Assembly (NCBI GenBank): GCA_044892525.1
Contig: CM097885.1
Coordinates: forward strand, 17,176,001 to 17,240,000
Source: Schmidtea polychroa
Taxonomy: Eukaryota
DNA: 64,000 nt
Reading direction: 5' to 3'
Shown: piece after piece, positions 1 through 12,126 of the stretch
Numbering within the stretch: position 1 is the stretch's first letter
How the letters are laid out: each line of letters opens with the position of its first letter
Notes under the pieces: model-generated
Told to the model about the DNA's origin: nothing
The model's input: only the letters and a program-made list of their open reading frames with translations
Database searches by the model: none
Made by a program: the position numbers and the translations under genes

Positions 1-565
1 TAATTTCCGGTGGCATAGCGCGCATGAAGAATTCTTTCACCAATTCGTTGGAACCGGAGTTTGTTATGTTTGGTTGCAGATACTCCAGTTTTTGTTTCAA
101 TTGTCGTAGGAAATCTATGGGCTTGTTGTCCCCTAACTGTGTATTGTTGAGGCATGGCTCAAGCATTTGCCTCCTGTTGACCTTGTCTTTGTTGGTCAAT
201 ATGTTACAAAGTTTGGTAAAAGGGTCTTCGTCTTTTGATATTTCATCGATTTGATCGGCGATTTCGTTTAATTTGTTGCTTGGTAGTGCCGCTATTATGT
301 TGGAGCATAGGGATTTTGTTGACTTGACTCCCGAAAGCGTTAGGGTTAGTTTCGCGAATTCTAACCATTTTTGCGGTGTTCCGTTGTCATCTGTGAAATA
401 GTTGGGGATATTTGTTTTTGGGTTGATTATTGAATTAATGGTATGTGTGTTTTCTGGGTTGGTGTTTGGGTTGTAGTAGTAATTGGTGCTTTCAGGTGTT
501 TGGGTATTATCGTAGTTGTTGGGTATTTGTGGAATGTTTGTTGGATTCGTTTGATTTGATGCCAT
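1..565 (-). CDS. gag: Ty3/Gypsy-type LTR retrotransposon gag, N-terminal part (runs off the window edge)
   Basis: Manual translation from ATG at 565 is open to base 1: MASNQTNPTNIPQ...PQKWLEFAKL...DPFTKLCNIL...QLGDNKPIDFLRQLK...LVKEFFMRAMPPEI. The LGDxKP..xLR and F...PP motifs are typical of Gypsy gag. Confidence 0.7.
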   Translation of the reverse strand, partial: MASNQTNPTNIPQIPNNYDNTQTPESTNYYYNPNTNPENTHTINSIINPKTNIPNYFTDDNGTPQKWLEFAKLTLTLSGVKSTKSLCSNIIAALPSNKLNEIADQIDEISKDEDPFTKLCNILTNKDKVNRRQMLEPCLNNTQLGDNKPIDFLRQLKQKLEYLQPNITNSGSNELVKEFFMRAMPPEI

Positions 566-665
566 TAATTGTTTTGTTGCTGTTTTTTTATTGCTTGTTG
601 TGCAAAAAAAGGATATTTGTTTGTTTGAAGGATATGGCCCACTGTGTTCGGCCAACAGTGTCACT

Positions 666-2059
666 AGCCTTTATAGTTCTATAATAACTATACTGAAAGG
701 TTTCGTGATTGAAAGAAAACGTCGAATGCGAGAGTCGTGTTGTGTTTGCTTTGCTTCTGACACCAATTGTTATATTAGTATGTTATTTGTTAGTTTCGTA
801 GTTTTGTTATGTAATAAGAAAATTGATGTGCCCGAAAGAGTCTCCGTTAAAACTTGTGGCGGGATAATCGGGGTGCAGGCTGAGTTTTGTAATGTGACAA
901 TAATAAGTAAAAAAAATAGAAATAATATGCAACAATAGTAATTATAGTATCACAACTTTTATTAAACAAAACAGAAATTAATACTACTTGGATCAACTAG
1001 TTATAGTAGGTACTAGGTAAAAGAATTTTCGGTTTATATTGAAACTTATATTTTCTGTATTAGGACTTCGATCTTTCGAACCTTCTTAATTAGAGAAATC
1101 TGAAATTTTATATTAGAACCTGAATCTCTCGAATCTTCTTAATTTGTGGCGAAATCTGGTTTTTCTATATTAGAATAAGAATCTTTTGAATCTTCTTAAT
1201 TGGAGTTGAAATCTGAATTTATATATTAGAATCAGAATCTTCTGTATCTTCCTAAATAGAGTTGGGATCCGAATTTTCTATATAAAAATCAGAATCTTTT
1301 GTATCTTCTTAGAGCGGAAATCCGAGGTTATCAAATTTTTTATTTAGCTTAATTCCTTAATTCAATTTCTTAATTCAATTTCTTTTTTCAATTTCTTTAT
1401 TCAATTACTTTCGATTTTTTTTATTTACTATAGCGATAATTTACTATAGTAAATTATCGCTATATAGTTTTTTTGTAAATCTGGATTCCTAATTGTGAAC
1501 ACTAAAATATTAATAAAAATAGCTGTACATTACAACTATATTATATTTGTGTTGGGGGGTGTGTGAGAGAGAAAATCTGTAGAGCTCGATAGTCACCGTT
1601 AAAAAATGTGGCGGGACAATCGGGGTGCGTGTTGTGTAGAGATTTTATGACAATGAAATGACAAAAGTAATATTAAAATAATATTAATTGAACAAACCTA
1701 CGAACAATTAAAATTCCAACTTTTATTTAAATAAAATTCAAAAACATTAGAGATGGTGCGAAGTTAGAATGTCAAACTTTTCAATTTCGGCGAATTTACT
1801 TTTATAAATCTATTCAAAAATCTTTTCTGCTTGAGGGAAATCTCCGATGATTGGTATCAAATTTCAGAATATAGTAGAATAAATTTCTTTTTGATTGTCG
1901 AATTGTGATAAGTTTTTAACTTTCAGTTTTATTATTGATTTTTTATTTGTGGTCAATATTTGTATAGCGATAATTTACCATAGTATAGCGCTCAACGAAA
2001 TAGCAAGGCGTCGCGTAACCTTGTTTAAAAAGAAATAAAATATATAACTATACATTACA
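666..2059 (-). mobile_element. Probable 5' LTR region, apparently two diverged LTR-like units in tandem (~666-1534 and ~1535-2059)
   Basis: Both units begin TGTAATGTA on the minus strand (1534, 2059). They share blocks such as ccgttaaaa..tgtggcggga.aatcggggtgc (~845 and ~1596) and tatagcgataattta (1429, ~1963). Lies directly upstream of gag. Confidence 0.45.
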
Positions 2060-3326
2060 CTGTTACTTTCACAATTCATAAAAGTTTCCAGTCAAACGGA
2101 AACCCAAAATATTATGTATCAGAGTTTAGCGGTTTAAAAATCAAATCAAATTTTTAAATTGGTTTTGAATTAATGTTTTTTTTAAAAAAAATTCTTTAAA
2201 ACTTTTTGAATTAACTCGTTAAAAGCCCACATTTCCTAACTTTAATAATTTAACATAAAGATTAACCCATTTTTGCCCGAATTTTTCTCTCAAAATTTAT
2301 AATAATTTCGATAAATCATAATGTTACATAATATTTTATTTTTTTGCATTCGTATTGGTTTTATGAGTTTTTCGAGATGTTCCAAATTTGGAACACTGGG
2401 AATTCAATGAGGTAGAAGTTATAAAACTAAATTAAGAAAAAAAGTTATTTCAACACAACCGGACTTATAGCGTAGATAAATAAATAAAGGTATGTAAATA
2501 TAATTATTGATTTATTTATTTACATACATGTAGCTACATATACAATAATAAACATTTTATAATAATCAATATCTTATAATGAACATCTTATACTATATTT
2601 ATATTGGTTGGAATCATAAACATGAATTAACGAAAATCGAAGGTTTTAAAACATTTTTCTTGCAAATTTACACCACATTTTCCACAACATTTTGTGGCAT
2701 TTTTTTACAAAATACACATCGAGTTTGTTTATTAGCTAGAATCATCCAATGATCTAGCCGATCATATCGAATTTCGACAGGCACCCTGCTAGATAATTCT
2801 TTTGGCCTTCCTCCTCTTTTATGGGATAACTATTATTTTTTAAGTACACTTGTAATATATTTCTTAACTGCAAGTAATCTAACTTTATATATTCTGAATT
2901 TTTTCTATAAAGTTGCGAGGCATTATGAATTGCAGTATCCAAACAAAAGGTAAAAGGTCAATTTATTTTAACTAGGTTTAGGGAGGGCAGGCCCTAGGGG
3001 AAATGTTTCAAAAAATATAACATACATATTATAATTCATAATACATAAAACATACGTTTGAAAATCATCAATTACCTTGTTCCGGCTGGCTAGCCGGAAC
3101 CACGCTCTGCTACCATGGTGCTTACCATTTGAAAATAGAAAACACCAATTAAATCCACTCCAATGGTACGATTCCAGAAACAATATATAATTCAAAAAAA
3201 TTCACAATTCGAGAAAAAATCCATAAACCTTTTATGCAGCAAAACAACTCTTGTTTTCTACAAATTTTAATATAAAAAAATTACAATAAGATAATAAACC
3301 TACTTCTCGCGTCTGTGTGCGCACAC

Positions 3327-5695
3327 TAAGCACTTGCATATTGAATTGAAAATTTTGAATATATTGAAATTCATGAAAAATAATAAATTTATTGAATATT
3401 GTATTGAAATTCAATACATAAATAATCTTTTGAATATTGTTTTGAAACTCAATATAGTTTTTACAATATTTTGAAAAAAATTCAAAATAAAAAAAATATT
3501 CAAAAAAAAATTATTTTGAACGTATTGAATTTCAAGAAAAAGTTTTACAGTATTTCACAAATTTTTTAAAAATTCAAAATATAATTTAAAAAATATAATT
3601 CAAAGTACTGTGAAAAATTATTTTGAAAAAAAATTACAAAAACAAGTTATATTTGGGATAAAAATAAAAGCGGTTTTTATATAAGAATTGAAATGGAATA
3701 ACTTCAACAAATCCTTCAATAATAAAAAATATGTGATAAAATGTAATAAAAACATTTACAGCAGTAGAACTGAGTTTTGTCTCCAAAAATTGACAGGGAA
3801 TATCTATTGAGGCCATTTCTCTCCTCTATTCATCCTTGAATGCATTTCACTAAAAAAATAAATTAACTACATTTTGTAACATTCCATTGTTAACTAAGAC
3901 TATGTGTGAGCTTGGTTTTAACCCAATGTAAAATTTAGGGTACATTTTATCCAAAATAAAAAGAAAGAAAGAAATATCTTGGAATATTCATTATTTAACA
4001 TCAAATTCAAATCAAATAGAAATTTTACAATATAAAATAATTTATATATTTTTGTTGTTTATAAATGCGTCTTCAGTGAAGAAAAACAAAACTGGTTATT
4101 CAAACATTTTTGTCTGATTGTCGTCGCTGTCATCAGAATACAAGTTCAGTTTTGAAATTGAAACTTTATTCAAGTTTTCATGAATGAATATCAATTTGTT
4201 CACCTGTTCAAGTGCTAAATTTGTTCGGTGACAGTTGACAATTTGACCTGTTTTGGAAAATGTCCTTTCTGAAGAAGCTGAGGATGCTGGAATGGCCAAG
4301 TAGTGTCTTGCCATGGAAGAAAGTAATGGAAACCTTTCACTATGAATCCTCCACCTGTCAAGTGCATCAGTTCCCTTTGGTGGCTTGATTAGTAATAGGT
4401 AATTTTTCATTTCCTTGGCAACATATGTCAGAGCAGTGCTATTTTGACTAACCTGAACTGAAAGGATCGTGGGCTCCTGAATCCCCCAATCTTCAAACAG
4501 TAGGTCCACTGGATCCATTTCAGAAGAAGGAGGTCGACTAACGCTTGATTCAGATGCTTGTTCTTTTTCTTCAGTTTAAAACGTTTTCTGTATCATAGCA
4601 CAGATCTCAGTGTACCTTGTAATTTTATTGCCACCATCAACAAGATTTTCTGAATGAGGAACATGCTTGAAGATGACACCCCGATGTGAAGGATCAATGT
4701 AGTGTGCAAAAGCTACTTCATCTTGTTGAAGCCCCATGTCAGGGAATCGTTTCTCCATTTCATCAAGAATAGTATTAATAAATTCTTCAGCAACAGTTTG
4801 CCACTGAAATGTGCGATCATCTGCTGATGAAATATAAGTCTCAACTTTCATCAAGCCAAGCTTTGCTCTGACATTAAACAATGTGACAGGGATTTTTTGA
4901 ATGGTGCATGTCTTATCACTTGACAATAATTCAGAGATTGATGCAAAATAGCCCAATATTCTAACAACTTGGACCATGATATCAAATTGCTTGTCTGACG
5001 GGATCAGTTTTCCTAGTTCCTCATCTGTCCTATCTGTACTATCTCTGATTTTGACAAGAGCACGGCGCAGATCTACAATGGATGACATGCACATCCACTG
5101 ACTGTTCCAACGTGTTGGACATGGAGAAATGATTTTTTTGTATGAAACTGCTGATGGATTGCTGTCGTCCATTGTATCTGCACAAGCTTGTCTGATACGT
5201 TCACATTTAATGACACTTTTGTAAGTAGATGCTGATAATGTTTTGCACACATTCATGACTTCCATTACCAATCCCAAAAGTTTAATAGTGTTGGTAACAA
5301 CCAGGTTCATGTTGTGGTCTGCACATGCAATTTTTTTGTTCATGTACTTGGATTTTTTGGCTGCCAGAATCATGTTTGAGCCATTGTCTGTCACTGAGTA
5401 AGTCTGCAGCTCATCACTTAACATTAATTGACCAATCACAGAATCAAATTGTTCAGCATATCAGTTTATTGAACAAATCAGTTTATTGAGCAAATCAATA
5501 TATTGAACAAATCAATATATTGACAAAAACAATATATATTGAATACTGCTTTGAAATTCAATAAGTATTGAATATTGTTTTGAAATTCAATATGAAATAT
5601 TGGCTATTTTGAATATTGTTTTGAAATTCAATATAGGAAATTCATCATATATTGTATTGTTTTGAATGTCAATATGGTCGATATGCAAATGCTTA
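3327..5695 (-). mobile_element. hAT (Ac/ZBED-like) DNA transposon, internally deleted
   Basis: TIRs TAAGCACTTGCATAT / ATATGCAAATGCTTA (14/15 match). Perfect 8-bp TSD GCGCACAC at 3319-3326 and 5696-5703. Subterminal TATTGAA/TTCAATA repeats at both ends. Confidence 0.9.
4096..5439 (-). pseudogene. hAT transposase, 5'-truncated, with one in-frame stop
   Basis: Motifs VTDNGSNM, CADH, PTRWNS and the dimerisation domain RFPLLSSMARHYLAIPASSASSERTFS. The two ORFs are in the same frame, separated by TAA at 4576-4578. Confidence 0.9.
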
Positions 5696-5799
5696 GCGCA
5701 CACCAACAAAATTCAGTCAAATCATACCGCGCACACAGACGCGATAGAGAAAACGCCAAACCAACTGCCAGTCAGAGGCAATCCCCCGCTGACTGGTCG

Positions 5800-6894
5800 A
5801 AACAGGTACTCACCACCATTTTTTAGATTTGATGGATACTTGATAGTTATCTATATTTTCGTCCATTTGATCTACTCCGCCTATATATTTGTTATATTTT
5901 GCTATGACATTTGATCGACTGACTAGTAGTTTCTTTTTTTCGGAGGATATCCATCTTTGAGTCTTTCCTATTGGTTCTACTGGATCACAGGAGCTAAAAG
6001 TGAGAACTACTAGGTTTTCATTCCAATCTGTAATAGTAATGCCAGTTTTGGTGTCAGTACAAAATTCGCAAGTCCCTCTTTTTTATTTTTCTATAAATTT
6101 AGTATTTTATATAGGGTATTTTTCTGTTCTATAAGCCATTATTGTTCCCGTATAGCCGTACCCTAGTGTTTGCAAATGATTGACTAATTTTAACGAAGAA
6201 AATAATCTATCTGCATAGATTTTGAAAGGGGCATCTTTTGGGAGATTCGTCAACAAATTCACAACCACTGAACCTCCAACTCCCAATTCCATATATTTTC
6301 TACGGGTTTGTTTTCCTTGGTATAGATCAAATTGTATGAGATAACCTAAAGGTTCACATAAACACCACATCTTATAACCATAGCGGATTGGTTTACCACG
6401 TACAAATTGTTTACTAGGATGACTTCCAAAATATGGCCCCATTCTTTCATCTATGCTCAAATTCTCTGGAAACTCGGAGTATTTTAATTACCGGATATTT
6501 AGCAGATCAAAAAGTGACCGAACTTTAGTAAATTTGTCATCTGGTATCAGATTATCATTGTCAGAACAGTGGGGATATTTTTTATTTGTTCAAACCGATT
6601 TCTTCTCATTGCATTAGCAACGGCCGGATTATATGTTTCAGTATCAGTTTCCCATAACATTCTCCACCTGGGTAGGTCTAAATACCCGAACAATAATAAT
6701 ATTGCACTAAAGCATTTTAGTTCTTTGACATCTACCTCAAAATTATGATCTCCTTTAGACTTTACACATTTAATAAACGTATTTTGAAGGAATTCATACA
6801 CTTCGGTGTCAAAAAATAACTCGAAATAACTCAGGGGATTAGAAGGTATGGTTATTTGTGTCTTTGGAGATATAAGATTCAAAATTGCACACAA
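5800..6894 (-). pseudogene. piggyBac (PGBD-like) transposase remnant
   Basis: Motifs MRRNRFEQI, SIDERM..Y.G.HPSKQFVRGKPIRYGYKMW, IYADRLFSS, GYTGTI, and downstream DQMDENI..Y...IKSKKWW near 5810-5870. Several frameshifts. Confidence 0.85.
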
Positions 6895-7224
6895 GTACTT
6901 TCGATTTTACCCAATGACGCTGAATTTTATTTTGTTTCTGCCATTAAACAGTACTTCCGCAATAGGAGTAAATAAATTCCTCTTAGCCGAAGGCATAAAC
7001 AATTAATACTGAAACTTCGAAAATGAACGAATGGGAATTTTTTCAAACAAAACAATTACGCCGGTGACCTCTCGCTTTTCTCAAAGATCTTGATTCGCTA
7101 ATTCACAGCTAATCATCTTTGTTGATTTTGAAAAGAAGCATAATTTCATTATTTTCTTGTTTACCTATTGGGTTTTTTACATGGCTCGAGTTTCCTAAAT
7201 ATTTAATAAATCATATATTTATTT

Positions 7225-7345
7225 TTGATTAGTTTGTACTTTTTTGAAGTAGGGCATCACACTAATTGGCACTTCACAGGTCTTCCACCAGTATAGGGAC
7301 TACTTACGTGTCCCATTTATTGTGCACACGACACATCTTCGAAGG
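7225..7345 (-). pseudogene. Remnant of a piggyBac C-terminal Cys-rich domain (separate copy)
   Basis: Minus strand reads RRCVVCTINGTRK*SLYWWKTCEVPISVMPYFKK, a degenerate RRCxxC...CxxCxxxLCxxPCF motif. Confidence 0.55.
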
Positions 7346-9146
7346 GGATTTGATTTTGCGTTTCTAGTATGAAATTGGAAAATATTTTGCGATGAGACGT
7401 GTAGGTTTTACAGCTTTAGTTGATCGGCCACCATTCGAAGTCTGATCACTGAATCGCATATTCCTCAACAATTTGCTCGTTAAAATTGAGCAAAAATTTA
7501 ATCGATTTAATTTTCCGTCATTTTTTTATAAAATGTAATAGTTCAAACACATTATGTTAAGGTTTTTTAAAATATTTTTTTAAATTAAAATTTCCTGTTT
7601 TATGAATTTCAAATAGATTAATTTTATTTATATAAATACAAATTTTTGAGAAATTTTAAAATGCTTTCATTTACAAATAATTTAGGGAAATTCTTTTATG
7701 TGATTGTATTAATTTTCTTCCTGTTCCGATCAATATTTTAATCATCTTCTGAATACCTACAAATAATTTACTTTTAAATTTAATATTATCTTATAAATTA
7801 CATTTTCGATGCTTTTCTGGATTTTTTCATAATTTCCGGTAATCTATCATCATTTTCCAAATTTCGAAAGAAGTTTTAAATTTGAATTTTTTTATATAAT
7901 TTCTTATTTGTAATCCTTGTTCCTCGACTGTTCACGAAAAGGTGGAATGTAATGAACAGCTTGAAAAATCCTCAAATTGCATATTTTTATAATTAAAAAT
8001 GCCATTAATAATGACTGTCCTTAATTTTTTTCCGCGTGCCTTTTTATTATACGGTTGATGTTTGTAGTGAATGTGTGTTTGTATTTTATTTTTTCCTACC
8101 AAAATTATTTTTAAGCTTTTCTCTAGTAAATGCACTTAATTTATGCCGGTGCCCATAATTTTTGTCCTTATTTTAAGTGGGTGTGTATATTTTCTTAATA
8201 TATAATTTAATTATGTATTGTACAAGACCACTAGAGGCTAACCTTTTTAGGTCGGTGTGTCAAAATTCTATAAAAATATAGTTTAGATCGAACACCTTGT
8301 AACAATGAGGAATATCGATAATTTGGTGATGTTTACAATTAATAAATATTAAAAGAACAGTTTTTTAAAATTATTTATTCATTATTAATAAAACATAATT
8401 ATTTATATTAGTGACTTCTTTGTTTCTGAAATGTATTTGGTAAATTTTCAATTGAAGGTTTGTATTTCGTACATTTCAAACGTAAAGAAGCATTAGTTAC
8501 TTCATCAGCCAGTCAATTTCTTTTATTTGTTTTGAGATTATTTAACGCCTAGAATAGGGTTTCACAAAATACGTTGATAAAAATATCGTGAGTAAAGCCA
8601 TAGCTAGATTTCAAATTTCTTGTTCGTAGTTGTACTCTTCTCCATTTTCCAAACGACTTTTTTTCAAGATTTATTATTTTGGACTTTATTATTATTATTA
8701 TTATTTCTCATGCTTTGCTTTGAAATGAGGAATGACGAAACTTGCTGTTTTATTTTTTAAATCTTTTACAGGTTTTGTATAGAATTTCTTTGACTTGTAT
8801 TTGGTTGGGATTCCCTCCAAAGGGAAGTTTGTGTGTTTTCTTTCAGAACTGCGGAGACCTTCGACACATCAATACTCTCAAAGAAATCCCAAATTACTTT
8901 AACATACGACAAGGTACCCATGGAAATCTCCATGTTGGAAATGCACCAAGTCGACGAAATCTTTAGAACAGGTGAGTTTCTGTTTTAAAACTACTTCTGA
9001 ATTTCTAACCAAGTTCATGAATGCCGTTAGAAGGACTTACTCTGCATTGCTGTATATTCAATTCAGTTTGCATCTTACTTCAAGATTCGTAGTTATTTGG
9101 TTCAGATTTCCCCCTACTTTCCTTTCGGTTATTACTTACAAACATG

Positions 9147-9775
9147 AGTAGATGGATTGGTCTCCGCTGGAACAAAGACAAATACCCCCCCCCCCCCCCC
9201 CGGCCGGCAAAATTAAAAAAAATTTCAAGGTCAAATTTTAAACAAAGACATATGACTCATCCAAGGTCATACGACTCATCCGATGACTAATCAAAAAAAC
9301 AGGTATCCGCTGGAACAAAGACATTTATTTTTAAAATAATAATAATAATAATGTCTTTGTTCCAGCGGAGAGCTACTTTTGGTCATGCAACAATTACGTG
9401 ATCCCATCATCTGAATTTATTAAACAATAGCTTATTTTAAAGCCTAGTGCAAGATCTATCTAATGATATATAAATATTATTATTATCATTAATATTGGCA
9501 AAGTTATTAACATTTTCCCGAGACCATTTTCAAGGTCATTTGACTATTTTATTATTATTTTTAAAAATATTATTTTTTCAAGGACAAATTTTTTTTCAAG
9601 GTCAAAATTTTTTCAAGGTCGTATTTTAAAATTTAAAAGTTCCCGCCAACGAAAATTATTCAACGATAGCTCATTTCAAAGCCCAATACGAGACCTTTCG
9701 AATGAACCACATATCTTATTATTAACATTATTATTTCTAAAGATATTATTATTATTATTATTAGTATTAGTATTA

Positions 9776-9808
<33 letters not shown>

Positions 9809-9907
9809 CTCCGAGTTTATCCGACAAAATATTCTGTCCCCCCATGGGTATTGCTCACAAGGACACTGCTCACCCTCCACAAAACAGAATGGTACTGTTC
9901 GCAATGA

Positions 9908-9910
<3 letters not shown>
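9147..9910. mobile_element. Maverick-type terminal/subterminal region, homologous to 22556-23220
   Basis: Clear similarity to 22556-23220, e.g. aaagttcccg.caacgaaaatta..cgatagctcattt, ccgag.ttatccgacaaaatatt.tgtcccc.atgggta.tgctcacaagg. Contains TCAAGGTCA and TGACTCA motifs. Starts with AGTAG at 9147, resembling Polinton AG/AGT termini. Confidence 0.6.
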
Positions 9911-9976
<66 letters not shown>

Positions 9977-10428
9977 CGATATTATTATTTTCGTTGGAGT
10001 CTTTTAATAAAAAATACTATCAACCGATAAATAATGTTGCGTGCAACATTATTACACAATAAAAATATAATAATAAAATTTCTACCAAAATTCTTAGAAA
10101 AGTTCCGTCATCAGGATACAAACGAATCTCCAAATAAATATTATTATTAATATTATTATTATTATTTTTCGTTGGAGTCTTTTAATAAAAATACTATCAA
10201 CAGATAAATAATTTTGCGTGCCCACTGCAACACTATTACACAATAAAAATATATTATTATAAAAATTCTTACAAAAGTTAACACTTGTGTGAAATAATCA
10301 AAAATAATCAAAAATATTTATTCGAGCGTTTAACTGTTGTAAGAACCTTGAAAACTATAACTAGTTTTCAATAAAACGATATAAAACAATATAAAGATTA
10401 TTTTTTAAAAAATATATTAAATAACAAA

Positions 10429-10719
10429 TTAATCAGATAAAATCACATCGTCAATATCGATGACGATTTCGCGAATGAAAATGTCATCATCTGATTCCTC
10501 ATCAAAATCAGGGCTCAAGCCACCAAAAAGCTGGCCAATCTCTTCGAATATCTGACCAGCATTATCCGGATCTGAGTCGTCATCAAAATCAGGACTCAAT
10601 CCACCAAAAAGTGGTCCTACTTCAGAAAATATCTGACCATCATCAGTTTCGTCAAATCCTAAAGGGGTTGAGTACTCGCAAAAAGTGAGCGCCTTAAGAG
10701 CACTATAATTGTCGAGCAC
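10429..10719 (-). CDS. Acidic hypothetical protein C-terminus with a tandem internal duplication (probable Maverick accessory gene remnant)
   Basis: GQIFxExGxLFGGLSPDFDxxSD occurs twice. The upstream frame is interrupted by stops. Confidence 0.4.
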   Translation of the reverse strand: MLDNYSALKALTFCEYSTPLGFDETDDGQIFSEVGPLFGGLSPDFDDDSDPDNAGQIFEEIGQLFGGLSPDFDEESDDDIFIREIVIDIDDVILSD

Positions 10720-10934
10720 TCTATGGGTTCACGGACGCCGATAGAAGGCACGTGTCCAATTTATTTCGGTCCCTCATCGAGATTGTTTTCCCCAAACGCT
10801 TTTCTGCCAACCATCTTGTTTTAGACAACCGCAAAGTTCAATCACATACTCATTAGATAACGAGAATCATTTATTTAGCCACTACTATATTACAAGGTTT
10901 GTTTACTCAGGAGGGTCGCACTCTCAAACGTCTC

Positions 10935-11402
10935 TCAGGGTCGTGGATTGGCTTCAGTCTCTTTCAATTTCTCCTGCTCGGCCAGCCAGGCCCTTTTCAA
11001 TTTGTCGCGGGTATTCCGCCCTAGCCGTTTACGTTTCGGCTTGCTTGCCTGGGCTGGTGGGTAAATCCTGGCTAGCTCCACCTGAAGAGGACGAATCTGC
11101 TCTTGGAGGGCGTCCTGGATGAATTTTTCATTCAGTTTGCTCTCGAGCGAGTGTACTTGTAGCTTCAACGCTCGAATTTCGAGTTGGTCTTGCTCCGCCT
11201 GGACCTGGAGTTTTGAGATGTGTGTTGTTCGTTTCTTCATCTCAGCCGGACTGAACCAAGTGCCTTCGAGTTCCTGGCACTTGATTTTTAGCTTCTCGAC
11301 TCGGCTTCGAAGGTCCTCGGATTGTTGCTGGGCCTGTTCTCGGTCTTTTCGTAGGTTTTCGAGCAACTGGTACACTGAATGGAAACAATAATAAAATTCC
11401 AT
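10935..11402 (-). CDS. Coiled-coil protein with NLS-like basic patch (probably a spliced terminal exon)
   Basis: GC-rich coding-like island with heptad-rich sequence and KPKRKR. Candidate acceptor tttccattcAG at 11375-11376. Confidence 0.5.
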   Translation of the reverse strand: MEFYYCFHSVYQLLENLRKDREQAQQQSEDLRSRVEKLKIKCQELEGTWFSPAEMKKRTTHISKLQVQAEQDQLEIRALKLQVHSLESKLNEKFIQDALQEQIRPLQVELARIYPPAQASKPKRKRLGRNTRDKLKRAWLAEQEKLKETEANPRP

Positions 11403-11700
11403 CGCTCGCTGTCATGTGCGTAAAGGTGATTCGCTTGGTGGTGTAAAATTTATCGCGGAAGGAGTAGGAAGGTCCCCCCGACCCTGAAGACACCCCATAA
11501 GCTATAAGGCTCAAATACGATCACAGAGAAAAATAATTTATTATACGAGGAAGACACATGACCAAATATAATATTAATAATTTTAATAAAGTAAAAATTC
11601 TACAAATTGTCGCATCAGCTACTAAAGAAGTCAAACACAATCACAATAACATTATGTCAGATTGATCACATAGTTTGTTCAAGCCACCACTGCCGTCGGA

Positions 11701-12126
11701 TTAGGCAGGGTTCTTCCGGGGCCTCCCTCGTTTCCTCGGAGGTGCCTCGGCCTCTTCTACCTCTTACAGGGACACCCCTTCCCTTTCGGCTCTGATCTGT
11801 AGGTCTATCTTCTTGAGCCGGGTCTGAGCGGCTTCCACATCCCAGGCCGCCTGATCTCGGGCCTCCTCAACTGGTTATTCTCCGGTTCCACCTTCACCCA
11901 TGCCGGGGCATCTGCTTCGGGGCCTCGTCGAATCACTCTATCCGCACAGTCCAGGTCCCGCCCCTGACACCATCGATGAATATGGTACCAAATGTACCGA
12001 GTGCGGAGACGGGTGATCGTCCATCGCTCGTCCTCTTCGATGTTGTTGATATCATTTGGTGGTGTCATGCCTGGAAGGTAACCGTTAAAACCCGTTTAAC
12101 CAACGTAACTTACAGATGGTCGTCAT
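11701..12126 (-). pseudogene. Two-exon AT-hook protein gene, disrupted
   Basis: Exon 12126-12114 (ATG ACG ACC ATC T) and a 43-nt GTAAGT..CCAG intron (12113-12071) join in frame to MTPPND. After a frameshift near 11875 the frame reads EEARDQAAWDVEAAQTRLKKIDLQIRAEREGVSL*EVEEAEAPPRKRGRPRKNPA*. Confidence 0.55.

Noticed and set aside
8847..8971. Possible isolated plus-strand exon (tttcag...ag|gtgagt)
   Set aside because: No recognisable protein motif and no partner exons identified.
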